Positions 23,291 to 32,453 of a DNA stretch of 64,000 nucleotides are shown here, piece by piece. Every line of letters begins with the position of its first letter. The first letter of the stretch is position 1. The DNA lies in NCBI GenBank assembly GCA_964470065.1, contig CAYYAR010000006.1, forward strand, positions 13,620 to 77,619, given 5' to 3'. Position numbers and translations under genes: made by a program. The notes beneath the pieces were generated by a model. The model was given only the letters and a program-made list of their open reading frames with translations. It was not told the origin of the DNA and searched no databases. Origin of the DNA: an uncultured Verrucomicrobiota bacterium (GTDB lineage Bacteria > Verrucomicrobiota > Kiritimatiellia > CAIVKH01).

Positions 23291-23338
23291 ATTTCCAACG
23301 ATTGGAAATTTTTCGCCAAAAAATTCCAATTATTGGAA
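23291..23338. promoter_or_regulatory. Two dyad-symmetric sites TTCCAA-N3-TTGGAA (23291-23309 and 23324-23338), centres 31 bp apart, in the AT-rich region upstream of purF-gltBD
   Basis: Perfect 8+8 and 6+6 inverted repeats read directly from the sequence, ~230-270 bp upstream of the purF start. Confidence 0.3.
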
Positions 23339-23364
23339 ACAACATCGGCGGATGATTGTGTCCG

Positions 23365-25968
23365 CTATTCCGTACCGGTGGCCGGTACCAGTCGGCTGAC
23401 GGCACGACGTCCGGGTTGGAGGAGGGACGATGCCGCATTGCGGATATCTTCGTTAGTAACGGCCTGCAAGCGTGCCGGCGTTTCGAAGTGATAGGCATAA
23501 CCCAGACCGTAAAGTTCATTAAGGGCGCTAATCTGCGCGAGCTCGCCGGTGTTTTGCCGGCCCATGTCATGTGCGGCGATGAGTTGCGCGCGCGCACGTT
23601 CCAGTTCGTCATCGCGAAGACCATCGCGGGCGATGCGCTCCAGTTGCTCGAGCATCAACTGCTCCACCTCGTCCATTGCATCGGCTCTGGTTCCAGCATA
23701 AAGAGAAAACAAGCCGGGTTGCAGTCCGCTCATCGCCATCGCACCGACAAAATACACCAGCCCGCGCTTCTCGCGGATCTCAATGGCCAGTTCGGAGGAG
23801 AGTCCGCTGAGCGCCCGCTGCAGCACATTCATCGGCTCGTTGCGCGCATCCTTGATGTCGATGCCGGGGTAGCCGATCAGCAGAATTGCCTGTTTGAAGG
23901 GGCCGCGTTCCTCGACCCGGGCCGGCAACGAGGGCGTAGCCGGGGACCACGCATTCGTGCGACTTGATTGTCCCGACAGGTCGCCAAAATGCTTTTCGGC
24001 CAGTCGGCGGGCTTCGTCGGGCGAGATGTCGCCAAAAATCGAAACGGCCACATTGTCGGCGGCGAGATGTCGCTGGTAGTACGCGCGCAACTCATCGCGA
24101 TCCAACGCTTGCACAATCGATTCCTCGCCCAGCGTGTTCATGCGGTAGGGGTGCCCTGGAAAAAGTTGTTGCCGCAATTTTTCCTGGGCCAGGTACATCG
24201 GCTGTTCGCGTTGCTGGGCGATGGCGGCGATCTGGCGTCCCTTCTGTTTGTCGAGTTCGTCTTCCGGAAATTCCGGGCGCAACAAACAGTCGGCGACGAT
24301 CTCCATCAGCAGTTCGCGGTCTTCGACCAGTCCGTGCGCATTCAATCCGAAACTGTTGCGGCCGGCATAGGCGCCGATGGATGCGCCGCGCGACTCGATC
24401 ATTTCGGCGATGTCAGCGGCCGAACGGGTGGCGGTGCCGCGCGTCAACAAGTCGGACGCGAGTTGGGTGATGCCGTTGTCGGTTTCCGTTTCCGAGAGCA
24501 GGCCGCCACCGATGGCGATACTCACATAAATGAAGGGTAGCCGGTGATCTTCGCGCACGACGAGCGGAATGCCATTGGTCAGATTGATTTTCGTCACCGG
24601 AAACTCCACCGTTTCTCCGGCGCCATAACGGGCGGTCACGCCGGCTTCCGGAGAGAGAATCGCGATGGTTTCAAAACCATGCAGGATGTAGCGGGTAAAT
24701 ACATCCTTCAAACGTTCCGCATCCACTTGCTCGATCAGTTCGAGGTAGCGCTCGGAAAAACGCGGGTTGCCGGCGTAATATTCGCCCGCGCCGTAACTGC
24801 CGGCCTGTCCGCTCATGGTTTGCAGTTCGCCCAGCTCGTCGATGACGGCGTTGCGCTTGGCCTTGGCGATATCCTCCGCGCGGAATGGCTCGCTCCGGTA
24901 GCGGGAGATCAATTCGCGCAACCCGGCCAGTACCTCATCCTCCTTGGCGGGATCATAGGTGGCGGAAAAGCCGAAGAGTCCGCCCTGAGCCGGCGTGTGG
25001 GACCACGCGCCGATGGAATGAACGAGGTTTTTCTTTTCGAGCAATTCCTTGTTGAGGATCGAGCTGCGTCCTTCGCCGAGCACATCGGCGAGGATGTCCA
25101 GCGCGGGCGCGTCGGGATGATCCAGGCTGACGGTGTGATACGTCCAATGGAGGCGGCTGACCTCGTAGGGTCCGGTCTGCCGGGCCAGCCGGGGCGCCAG
25201 TTGGGCTGGCTCGTCGGGCAGCATCACCGGCGCCCGGGCGCGGCGAGCAAAACCGGCGAAGATGTCCTTGAGGTACGGCATGACCTCGGCGACCTGCACA
25301 TCGCCGGCCATGACGAAAATCATGTTGTCCGGCACATAATGATCGCGGAAGAATTTCTCCAGATGATCGCGGTTCATCGTCCGGAAGACTTCCTCATGGC
25401 CGATCACCGGCATGCGATACGGATGCACACGGTAGGCTGTTTCGTACAGCAGTTTGCCGTGCACACGGGGCGGACTGTCATAGCCCATGGCAAATTCGCG
25501 CAGGATGACCTCTTTTTCGCGTTCCCACTCCTCGCCGGGCAGGCTGGCGTTCATCACCGCATCGGATAGCACGTTTACGCCGACCTTCCAGTTGCGCGAG
25601 GGAAGATCGGCGAAGAATACCGTGCGGTCATGCGCGGTGTAGGCATTGATGGAGCCGCCGGCCTCGTCGATCTCGCGGGTGATATCCGCCGGACCGCGGG
25701 TCGGCGTGCCCTTGAAGATCATGTGCTCCATGTAGTGGGAGAGTCCGGCGCCGAGATTTTCACCTTCGTGGATCGCGCCGGTACCCACCCAGATCTGAAT
25801 GGCCACGACCGGTGCGCTGTGATCCGGCTTGATTAGCACGACCATGCCGTTGTCCAGCACTTCGCGATGCAGGTTCGCGTTCATGGCGCGCAGATGATCG
25901 AGGTTGGCGGAATGAGCGGTGTTCACGGCGATCAACAATAGCAACGCCAGTCGTGGAATCGCCGGCAC
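23365..25968 (-). CDS. Tandem M16-family zinc peptidase (pitrilysin/insulinase-like), secreted
   Basis: HxxEH zinc motif (HYMEHMIFKGT) and two M16 halves. The start is uncertain. The preferred start is GTG at 25968, giving the signal peptide MPAIPRLALLLLIAVNTAHSA and sitting 11 nt after the upstream stop. ATG alternatives at 26103 or 26241 would overlap the upstream gene. Confidence 0.75.
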   Translation of the reverse strand: MPAIPRLALLLLIAVNTAHSANLDHLRAMNANLHREVLDNGMVVLIKPDHSAPVVAIQIWVGTGAIHEGENLGAGLSHYMEHMIFKGTPTRGPADITREIDEAGGSINAYTAHDRTVFFADLPSRNWKVGVNVLSDAVMNASLPGEEWEREKEVILREFAMGYDSPPRVHGKLLYETAYRVHPYRMPVIGHEEVFRTMNRDHLEKFFRDHYVPDNMIFVMAGDVQVAEVMPYLKDIFAGFARRARAPVMLPDEPAQLAPRLARQTGPYEVSRLHWTYHTVSLDHPDAPALDILADVLGEGRSSILNKELLEKKNLVHSIGAWSHTPAQGGLFGFSATYDPAKEDEVLAGLRELISRYRSEPFRAEDIAKAKRNAVIDELGELQTMSGQAGSYGAGEYYAGNPRFSERYLELIEQVDAERLKDVFTRYILHGFETIAILSPEAGVTARYGAGETVEFPVTKINLTNGIPLVVREDHRLPFIYVSIAIGGGLLSETETDNGITQLASDLLTRGTATRSAADIAEMIESRGASIGAYAGRNSFGLNAHGLVEDRELLMEIVADCLLRPEFPEDELDKQKGRQIAAIAQQREQPMYLAQEKLRQQLFPGHPYRMNTLGEESIVQALDRDELRAYYQRHLAADNVAVSIFGDISPDEARRLAEKHFGDLSGQSSRTNAWSPATPSLPARVEERGPFKQAILLIGYPGIDIKDARNEPMNVLQRALSGLSSELAIEIREKRGLVYFVGAMAMSGLQPGLFSLYAGTRADAMDEVEQLMLEQLERIARDGLRDDELERARAQLIAAHDMGRQNTGELAQISALNELYGLGYAYHFETPARLQAVTNEDIRNAASSLLQPGRRAVSRLVPATGTE

Positions 25969-25978
25969 CAGCCTGCGC

Positions 25979-26410
25979 TCACTTGGCCGGCGCGGCCGGC
26001 TCGGCTTCGACGAGCTGTGACGGTTTGCGATGCGGGCGGAAAGGTTTGGAAAAAGCGGTATCGAAATCATAGCCACCGGAAAAATCCTCTTTTCGGTCTT
26101 CATCGGTTTTGCCCAACACGCCTTTCTCGACCATGATAAAGACGATTTCACCAAAGTCCTCGCATTGATGAATACCCCAGCGGTTGAGCACGGTTTTGGT
26201 GATCGGTCCGAACTCCTGCAAGGCAAACTTCCGGACGCCATCCAGCAACTCGCCGCCGGTCACATGCCGCCCCGGACCATCGAGCGGTTTCTCGAACAGT
26301 TTGATCGTGAAATCAAGCGCCTCACGCATAAAATAGTAGGCATGACTGCTGTACTTGGTATTTTCGCGCGCAATGTGCTCCACGGTTTCGTGAAAACTGC
26401 TCTTCTTCAT
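25979..26410 (-). CDS. Conserved hypothetical protein (143 aa)
   Basis: Low-complexity-free ORF in a different frame from the peptidase ORF's N-terminal extension, so one of the two must be wrong. Its codon usage looks protein-like. Confidence 0.45.
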   Translation of the reverse strand: MKKSSFHETVEHIARENTKYSSHAYYFMREALDFTIKLFEKPLDGPGRHVTGGELLDGVRKFALQEFGPITKTVLNRWGIHQCEDFGEIVFIMVEKGVLGKTDEDRKEDFSGGYDFDTAFSKPFRPHRKPSQLVEAEPAAPAK

Positions 26411-26549
26411 ATAGCCGAACTATACGCAACGAATGGTTGGCGGTCAATGGGCGTGGAAAAGGTGGTGCACTGGTTGTGGCATCGGTGATGCACACCCAGT
26501 TTCGGGTTGATTCATCGTGTGCGTGAGCCTAACTTCATGCGCTCCAAGT

Positions 26550-29500
26550 ATGTTTAAATCCGTATCCAACAAAGTCAATTTCCCCGCCGTCGAGGAGGAA
26601 ATCCTCTCGTTCTGGGAAGCAAACAGAATTTTCGAGCAATCGCTTAGGCAGCGCGAGTCATCCAAACCGTTTGTGTTTTATGACGGTCCGCCCTTCGCCA
26701 CCGGCAAGCCGCATTACGGGCACCTGCTCGCCGGCACGATCAAGGACATCATCCCGCGCTACATGACCATGCGCGGGCATTATGTCCAGCGCCGTTTCGG
26801 TTGGGATTGCCACGGCCTGCCCATCGAGGCGCTGGCCCAGGAAGCGCTCGGCCTCGCCGGCGCGGGCGCGATCAAGGAGGCGGGTGTCGATAAATTCAAC
26901 GAGCAGTGCCGCTCGATGGTGCAAACCTACGTCAACGACTGGCGCAAGACTGTCTCGCGCATGGGCCGCTGGGTGGATTTCGACAACGATTACAAGACCA
27001 TGGACGCCACGTTCATGGAAACCATCTGGTGGGTGTTCAAGCAGTTGTGGGAACAAGGCCGCATCTACCGCGCCTACCGCATCATGCCCTACAGTTGGAA
27101 ACTCACCACGCCGCTGTCGAACTTCGAGGCGAACAGCAATTACAAGGACGTGCAGGATCCCGATATCACCGTGCGCGTGCGGGTGACCGGCGGCAGCGAG
27201 TTCGCCGACGGCGACAAGCCGCTCTACGCGCTGGTCTGGACGACCACGCCCTGGACGCTTCCCGGCAACCTCGCGATCTGCGTTGGACCCGACATCGATT
27301 ACGTCGTCGTCGAGGATAGTAAAAGCGGCGAGCGCTACCTGCTCGCCGAGGCGCGGCTCGGCGCGTACTACAAAAAACCCGAGGATTACAAGGTTCTCAA
27401 GAAGTGCAATGGCGCGGACCTTGGCGCTATCACGTACGAACCGCTGTTTCCTTACTTCAAGGATCAACCGAATTCATTTCGCACGCTCACCGATGCGTTT
27501 GTCTCGACCGAAGACGGCACTGGCATCGTGCACATGGCGCCGGCGTATGGCGAAGACGACTACCGCATCTGCCGCGCCGCTGGCATTGACCTTGTCGACC
27601 CGCTTGATGATGAATGTAAATTCACCGCGGTTGTTCCGGAGTACGCCGGGCAATTCTGCAAGGATGCCGATAAGGCGATCATCCGCCGCCTGAAGGACGA
27701 GGGCAAACTGGCGCACCAAAGCACCATTATGCACAGCTACCCGTTCTGCGAGCGCACCGACACGCCGCTCATTTACCGTGCCATCGATGCGTGGTACATG
27801 CGCGTCGAGGATTTGCGCGACGAGCTGGTCGCTAACAACGACAAGATTTATTGGATGCCCGGCTACGTGGGCGAGAAGCGCTTCGGCAACTGGCTGAAAG
27901 ACGCGAAAGACTGGAACATCAGCCGCAACCGGTTCTGGGGTTCGTGCATTCCGGTGTGGGTGGCCGAGGATGGATCCGACATGATTTGCGTGGGCTCCAT
28001 CGCCGAGCTTGAGCAGTTGTCTGGCCAAAAAGTGACTGACTTGCACAAGCACCATGTCGATAAAATCACCTTCGTGAAAAACGGCAAGCGCTACAAGCGC
28101 ACGCCGGAGGTGCTCGATTGCTGGTTTGAGAGCGGGTCCATGCCGTATGCGCAACATCATTATCCATTCGAGAACAGCGACAAGTTCGATGCGGTGTTCC
28201 CCGCCGACTTTATCGCCGAAGGACTCGACCAAACGCGCGGCTGGTTCTACACGCTGTTGATTATTTCCGCGGCGCTGTTCAAGAAGTCTGCGTTCCGCAA
28301 TGTCGTCGTGAACGGTCTCGTTCTCGCTGAAGACGGTCGCAAGATGAGTAAGCGGCTAAAGAATTATCCCGACCCGAACGACATGCTGAATGTGCACGGC
28401 GCGGATGCGTTGCGGTTGTATCTCATCAACTCCCCGGTGGTGCGGGCGGAAGATTTGTGTTTTTCCGAGAACGGACTGGTGCAATCGTTGCGTCACTTGC
28501 TGATTCCGTTGTGGAACGCCTACAGTTTCCTCGTGACCTATGCCAATATCGATGGTTGGACGCCGGAGCAATCGGCGAACTTGCCGCCGTCGGAACATGT
28601 GCTCGACCGATGGATCAAGAGTTCGATGGAGCGGCTCAATGGCGATGTCGTGAAGGCGATGGATGCGTATGATTTGCAGGGAGCGATCAAGCCGTTCGTC
28701 GCGTTCATCGAGGATTTGACCAACTGGTACATCCGCCGCAGTCGCCGCCGCTTCTGGAAGAGTTCCAATGATGCCGACAAACTGCAGGCGTACCGGACGC
28801 TGTACGATGTGTTGTTGCGGCTGGCGAAAATCGCCGCGCCATTTATTCCGTTTATCAGCGAGGCGATTTACCGGAATCTGCGCATGCATGGCATGCCCGA
28901 GTCGGTGCATCTATGCGATTTCCCGGTCGGAGCGACGGGCGGGGCCCGCGACCTCGAACTCGAAGCCCGCATGGCCGCCGTGTTGGAGGTGGTCGAACTC
29001 GGACGCCAACTTCGCACTGAACACAACCTCAAGGTGCGCCAGCCGTTGGCCTCGATGCACATTGTCAGCCATAAGCAGGCGCATGTGGATCATGCGCAGG
29101 CCTTGCAGGATTTGATTCTCGACGAGCTGAACGTCAAGGCCGCGCATTTCAGTCGTCACGAGTCGGCGTTGGCGGAATTGTCGGCGAAAGCGAATTTCAA
29201 GGCGCTCGGCAAACGCATCGGCGGCAAGGTGCAGAAGGTCAACCAGGCGGTGATGAAGTTGGGCGGGGAAGAATTGGATGCGGTGTTATCCGGCAAGTCG
29301 CTTGAGCTCGACATCGAGGGCGAGAAAATCGCCATCGGGCCGGATGATTTGGTCATCGACCGCAAGCCGAAGGAAGGTTTGGCGGTATCGGCGGGCGAGC
29401 ATTTCGTCATTGCGCTCGACACCAAGCCGACGCCGGAACTTGTGCGCGAAGGACTTGCACGCGAGTTCGTGAACAAGGTGCAGAACCTGCGTAAGACGGC

Positions 29501-29702
29501 GGATTTCGACATCGCGCAACGGATTCATCTTCGCTACGACGGCGATCCCGCCGTGCTCGAAGCGATTCATGCCCACCACGAATACATCGCCGCCGAAGTC
29601 CTCGCCATCACCTGCGAGCAGGGCATCGAGGAAGGGTGGGGCGCCACCGAGTCTCTTGATCTCAATGGGCTCGTCACTCGTGTATCGATCAAGCCGGTTT
29701 AG
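26550..29702 (+). CDS. ileS: Isoleucine-tRNA ligase (long form)
   Basis: HIGH motif (PHYGHLL), KMSKS motif (KMSKRL), and CP1 editing-domain length. ATG at 26550. Confidence 0.9.
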   Translation: MFKSVSNKVNFPAVEEEILSFWEANRIFEQSLRQRESSKPFVFYDGPPFATGKPHYGHLLAGTIKDIIPRYMTMRGHYVQRRFGWDCHGLPIEALAQEALGLAGAGAIKEAGVDKFNEQCRSMVQTYVNDWRKTVSRMGRWVDFDNDYKTMDATFMETIWWVFKQLWEQGRIYRAYRIMPYSWKLTTPLSNFEANSNYKDVQDPDITVRVRVTGGSEFADGDKPLYALVWTTTPWTLPGNLAICVGPDIDYVVVEDSKSGERYLLAEARLGAYYKKPEDYKVLKKCNGADLGAITYEPLFPYFKDQPNSFRTLTDAFVSTEDGTGIVHMAPAYGEDDYRICRAAGIDLVDPLDDECKFTAVVPEYAGQFCKDADKAIIRRLKDEGKLAHQSTIMHSYPFCERTDTPLIYRAIDAWYMRVEDLRDELVANNDKIYWMPGYVGEKRFGNWLKDAKDWNISRNRFWGSCIPVWVAEDGSDMICVGSIAELEQLSGQKVTDLHKHHVDKITFVKNGKRYKRTPEVLDCWFESGSMPYAQHHYPFENSDKFDAVFPADFIAEGLDQTRGWFYTLLIISAALFKKSAFRNVVVNGLVLAEDGRKMSKRLKNYPDPNDMLNVHGADALRLYLINSPVVRAEDLCFSENGLVQSLRHLLIPLWNAYSFLVTYANIDGWTPEQSANLPPSEHVLDRWIKSSMERLNGDVVKAMDAYDLQGAIKPFVAFIEDLTNWYIRRSRRRFWKSSNDADKLQAYRTLYDVLLRLAKIAAPFIPFISEAIYRNLRMHGMPESVHLCDFPVGATGGARDLELEARMAAVLEVVELGRQLRTEHNLKVRQPLASMHIVSHKQAHVDHAQALQDLILDELNVKAAHFSRHESALAELSAKANFKALGKRIGGKVQKVNQAVMKLGGEELDAVLSGKSLELDIEGEKIAIGPDDLVIDRKPKEGLAVSAGEHFVIALDTKPTPELVREGLAREFVNKVQNLRKTADFDIAQRIHLRYDGDPAVLEAIHAHHEYIAAEVLAITCEQGIEEGWGATESLDLNGLVTRVSIKPV

Positions 29703-30090
29703 TTCCGATCACCGCGTCGCAGGCCCGGATAAATGACCGGGCGCGTTCCAGTTCCCCGGAGGCTTGTTCGTTGGTGAATACGGCCGAGGCCTTGTAATCG
29801 ATTAGCTCGCGAAACGTTTGCAAGTGGCCGAAATCCGATCCGGCCTGGCTGCTGAGGGGGCCGTCCTTGATAAAATGAAGGCTCAACAATTGCATGGCGC
29901 CGTGATGGGATTTGGGTTCCAGGCCCTTGGTTAGCAGGAGTGCCCGCACATAATACAGGCAGGCATAATAGGCTCGCGAAACAGCGTCATTACAAAAGCT
30001 ATTAGCCAATAAAAACTCTGCTGCCCGCATGGTTTCTTCGCCGCGAAGCAGTTCCTCCCGGACATTGTTTTGTATATTATCCCCGGTCAT
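29689..30090 (-). CDS. HEPN-domain protein (partner of the adjacent MNT nucleotidyltransferase)
   Basis: PF05168-like core SRAYYACLYYVRALLLTKGLEPKSHHGAMQLLSLHF. Overlaps the MNT gene by 4 nt and the ileS 3' end by 14 nt (convergent). Confidence 0.65.
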   Translation of the reverse strand: MTGDNIQNNVREELLRGEETMRAAEFLLANSFCNDAVSRAYYACLYYVRALLLTKGLEPKSHHGAMQLLSLHFIKDGPLSSQAGSDFGHLQTFRELIDYKASAVFTNEQASGELERARSFIRACDAVIGTKPA

Positions 30091-30449
30091 AATTCGATGC
30101 CCTCTTGTTCGATGTCCAGCGCCAGTCGCCGCTCCCGCCGTTTCATTTCCTCGAATTCATCCGCAGCCATCGGTAGGGGCTGCAGTAACATGCCGCTGTC
30201 CAACACGCCCATGCGCATTGCAGTGTCGATCAAATAGTCGAAGTCGGACGGGGCCACATGATCCAGAAGGATGAGCACATCAATGTCTGACTCCTTGGTC
30301 CAATCGCCACGCGCGGCCGAACCGAACAGGCGAGCACGTTTGAGGCGGGCACCGAAATGGTTGCGCACGGCCTCCGCATAGCGTTGAGCCAATCCGCGGA
30401 CGCGCTCCAGTTCCCGGACCAAACTCTCGATGTCGGCCATTTGATGCAT
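30087..30449 (-). CDS. Minimal nucleotidyltransferase (MNT) of a HEPN/MNT toxin-antitoxin pair
   Basis: LFGSAARGDWTKESDIDVLILLD, the GS-x9-13-DxD polymerase-beta-type NTase motif. Confidence 0.7.
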   Translation of the reverse strand: MHQMADIESLVRELERVRGLAQRYAEAVRNHFGARLKRARLFGSAARGDWTKESDIDVLILLDHVAPSDFDYLIDTAMRMGVLDSGMLLQPLPMAADEFEEMKRRERRLALDIEQEGIEL

Positions 30450-30516
30450 GGGAAAAGGCTAGGCCTGCTTTCCGGGGCCTTCAAGTCATTTTCCATATGT
30501 GTCGCGACTCTTTGAG

Positions 30517-30550
30517 AATGTCCCCTTGAGAACTCGATAGAAATGTCCCC
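30517..30550. repeat. Two copies of AATGTCCCC (30517-30525 and 30542-30550) at the 5' end of the transposase fragment; candidate left end of a decayed IS
   Basis: Read directly from the sequence. They are the inverse of the GGGGACAT motif repeated downstream. Confidence 0.5.
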
Positions 30551-30578
30551 ATGTAAGCCGTTCATAAAGGAGGGCGTA

Positions 30579-31217
30579 ATGGGAGCATTAGCGATGAGTG
30601 CACGTGAGCGGCGACGATTGGAGTTATTGAGTCAGGTGACGAAGGGTTTATTGCGATTGAACAAGGCCTCGGAACTTCTAGGGATCAGCTACCGGCATAC
30701 CAAGCGGGTATGGAAGCGGTACCGTGAACACGGGGATGCGGGCTTGGTCCACCGGTTGCGCGGTGGTCATTCAAACCGGGCGGCGTCGCCTTCGTTTCGA
30801 GTCCGGGTGATCGGCCGTTACCGGGAGCGTTACGATGGGTTTGGCCCGACGCTGGCTTGCGAGTATTTGATGCAGGACGGCCTGGTGGTGGATCACGAGA
30901 CGCTCCGGCGCTGGCTGGTGGCGGAGGGCTTGTGGATGAAGCAGCGCAAACGCGACGCCCACCGGCAGTGGCGACAACGGCGTGCCCATCCGGGGGAGCT
31001 GATCCAGATGGACGGTTCACACCATGACTGGTTTGAAGGACGCCGGGACGGGGCGGTGCTGATGGTCATGGTGGATGATGCCACCGGCCGGACCTATGCG
31101 CGGTTTTACGAGTCCGAAGACACCCGGTCGGCAATGGAGATCATGGGCCGGTACATCCAACGCTACGGGGACGGCGAGCGTGGGGACATAGACGTTGTGG
31201 CGAGCGTGGGGACATAG
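30579..31217 (+). pseudogene. Truncated DDE transposase (ISNCY-like; N-terminal HTH plus the start of the integrase core only)
   Basis: HTH region SYRHTKRVWKRYREHG, then GELIQMDGSHHDWF...VLMVMVDDATGRTYARFYESEDT (first catalytic D region). The ORF stops at 31217, roughly half the length expected for this family. Family naming is tentative. Confidence 0.55.
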
Positions 31218-31226
31218 ACGTTGTGG
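31175..31226. repeat. Perfect 26-bp tandem duplication CGAGCGTGGGGACATAGACGTTGTGG x2, each unit carrying the GGGGACATAGA motif
   Basis: Seen directly in the sequence. It overlaps the last codons and stop of the transposase fragment. Confidence 0.8.
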
Positions 31227-31246
31227 CAAAAGTTCCAATAAAAGGC

Positions 31247-31450
31247 GGGGACATAGAAGTTCCGGCGTGGAAATCAATGACTTGCTCTGTCTACAACTTC
31301 TATGTCCCCATCTCTTCCGGAGCGGACGCGCTTCCACGTCCGGGTATTACTTCACTACTTCACGGGGACATAGAAATAATGACGAGCGTCGATTTGTGGA
31401 CGATTTTGCCCCATAGTTGCTTTTTGCTGCCACAGCTTCTATGTCCCTCC
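31247..31450. repeat. Cluster of GGGGACATAGA(AG/AATA) motif copies in both orientations: 31247-31259 (+), 31297-31309 (-), 31361-31378 (+), 31437-31450 (-)
   Basis: Read directly from the sequence. The spacing is irregular (39-73 bp), so it is not CRISPR-like. The 18-mer CACGGGGACATAGAAATA at 31361 recurs exactly at 32343. Confidence 0.7.
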
Positions 31451-32317
31451 TGCGCGTCGAATGGTGCGGCGGTAATGCATGATCAGCGTGGCGAAGACGA
31501 TGGCGCCGCCCAGGAAAGTGGTCTGCGGTGGATGTTCGGAAAATGCCAGCCAAACCCAGAATGGTCCAAGCACGGTTTCGATCAGCATGATCAGGCTTAC
31601 TTCCGGAGCGGGAAGATAGCGGGGGCCGAGTGTAATCATTCCAAATGCGAGCGGCATGATGATGAAACCGAGCAGGAATAGGTAACCGGCATCGCGGGTT
31701 TCGATGCTGAGCGGTGCTGCCAGGGGCGTTACGAATAAGGACATGATTAGTCCGGATAAGGCCACAGCGGGGATCATTGCCACATTGCGAGCCCGGCGAA
31801 TCAAAACGAACGAGCATGCCATGGTAATCGCCGTCAACATGGCTAGAAGATCGCCAGGCGTTGAGCCAGTAGATACGCCGCCCGCGACGATCAGGGCCAC
31901 ACCGGAAATCGCTGTCGCCGAGGCGATCCATGTCCGGGCGGGTGTCTTTTCTTTTAATAGTAGCCAACTCAGCAGAGCGGCCATGAACGGCGCGGTGCTG
32001 ATGATCAAGAGTGTATTGGCGACTGATGTGGTCCTGATGGAGTGGACAAAAAGCATGTTTCCGGTCGCGTAGGTGCAGCTGATCAGTAAGCCAACTTTGC
32101 CGATCGACTTCCAGATCCGCATGGCGGCTTTTCCTTTGGCGAACACATAAAAGAGTGCGATGGCGGTGAATTGGAAAATCCCGCGCCAAAATAAAAGTGT
32201 CCATGGATCGCACGAGATTAGCCGCACAAGTAAGGCATCGGGAGTCAGGAGCAGCACGCCGGAGGTTGTGAGCAAGACGCCTCGCCGGTACAGATCTCTA
32301 TCGGGTAAAGATGTCAT
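31439..32317 (-). CDS. DMT-superfamily transporter (two EamA domains)
   Basis: 292 aa and ~10 TM segments in two 5-TM halves. Its TAG stop lies inside the repeat copy at 31437-31450. Confidence 0.8.
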   Translation of the reverse strand: MTSLPDRDLYRRGVLLTTSGVLLLTPDALLVRLISCDPWTLLFWRGIFQFTAIALFYVFAKGKAAMRIWKSIGKVGLLISCTYATGNMLFVHSIRTTSVANTLLIISTAPFMAALLSWLLLKEKTPARTWIASATAISGVALIVAGGVSTGSTPGDLLAMLTAITMACSFVLIRRARNVAMIPAVALSGLIMSLFVTPLAAPLSIETRDAGYLFLLGFIIMPLAFGMITLGPRYLPAPEVSLIMLIETVLGPFWVWLAFSEHPPQTTFLGGAIVFATLIMHYRRTIRRAGGT

Positions 32318-32342
32318 GATGTAACGTTACCGGCTCGGTCTA

Positions 32343-32360
32343 CACGGGGACATAGAAATA
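32343..32360. repeat. CACGGGGACATAGAAATA repeat copy (+), 26 bp upstream of the DMT gene start (minus strand) and ~90 bp upstream of the RAYT-like gene
   Basis: Identical 18-mer to 31361-31378. Confidence 0.7.
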
Positions 32361-32453
32361 GTGGGCAATATTTTTTGCACTCTAACCTGCTCGTAGTCAA
32401 GATGATGCACAAGGTCAATGACGGTGAGTATTTTTTATTGTCCAAAGTGACCT

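Noticed and set aside
23968-25569. Plus-strand ORFs of 190 and 341 aa
   Set aside because: Antisense to the M16 peptidase gene. No recognisable domains.
26103-26241. Alternative upstream ATG starts for the M16 peptidase
   Set aside because: They give a 45-90-aa N-region before the signal-peptide h-region and overlap the 143-aa ORF. The GTG at 25968 is more plausible, but it is not certain.
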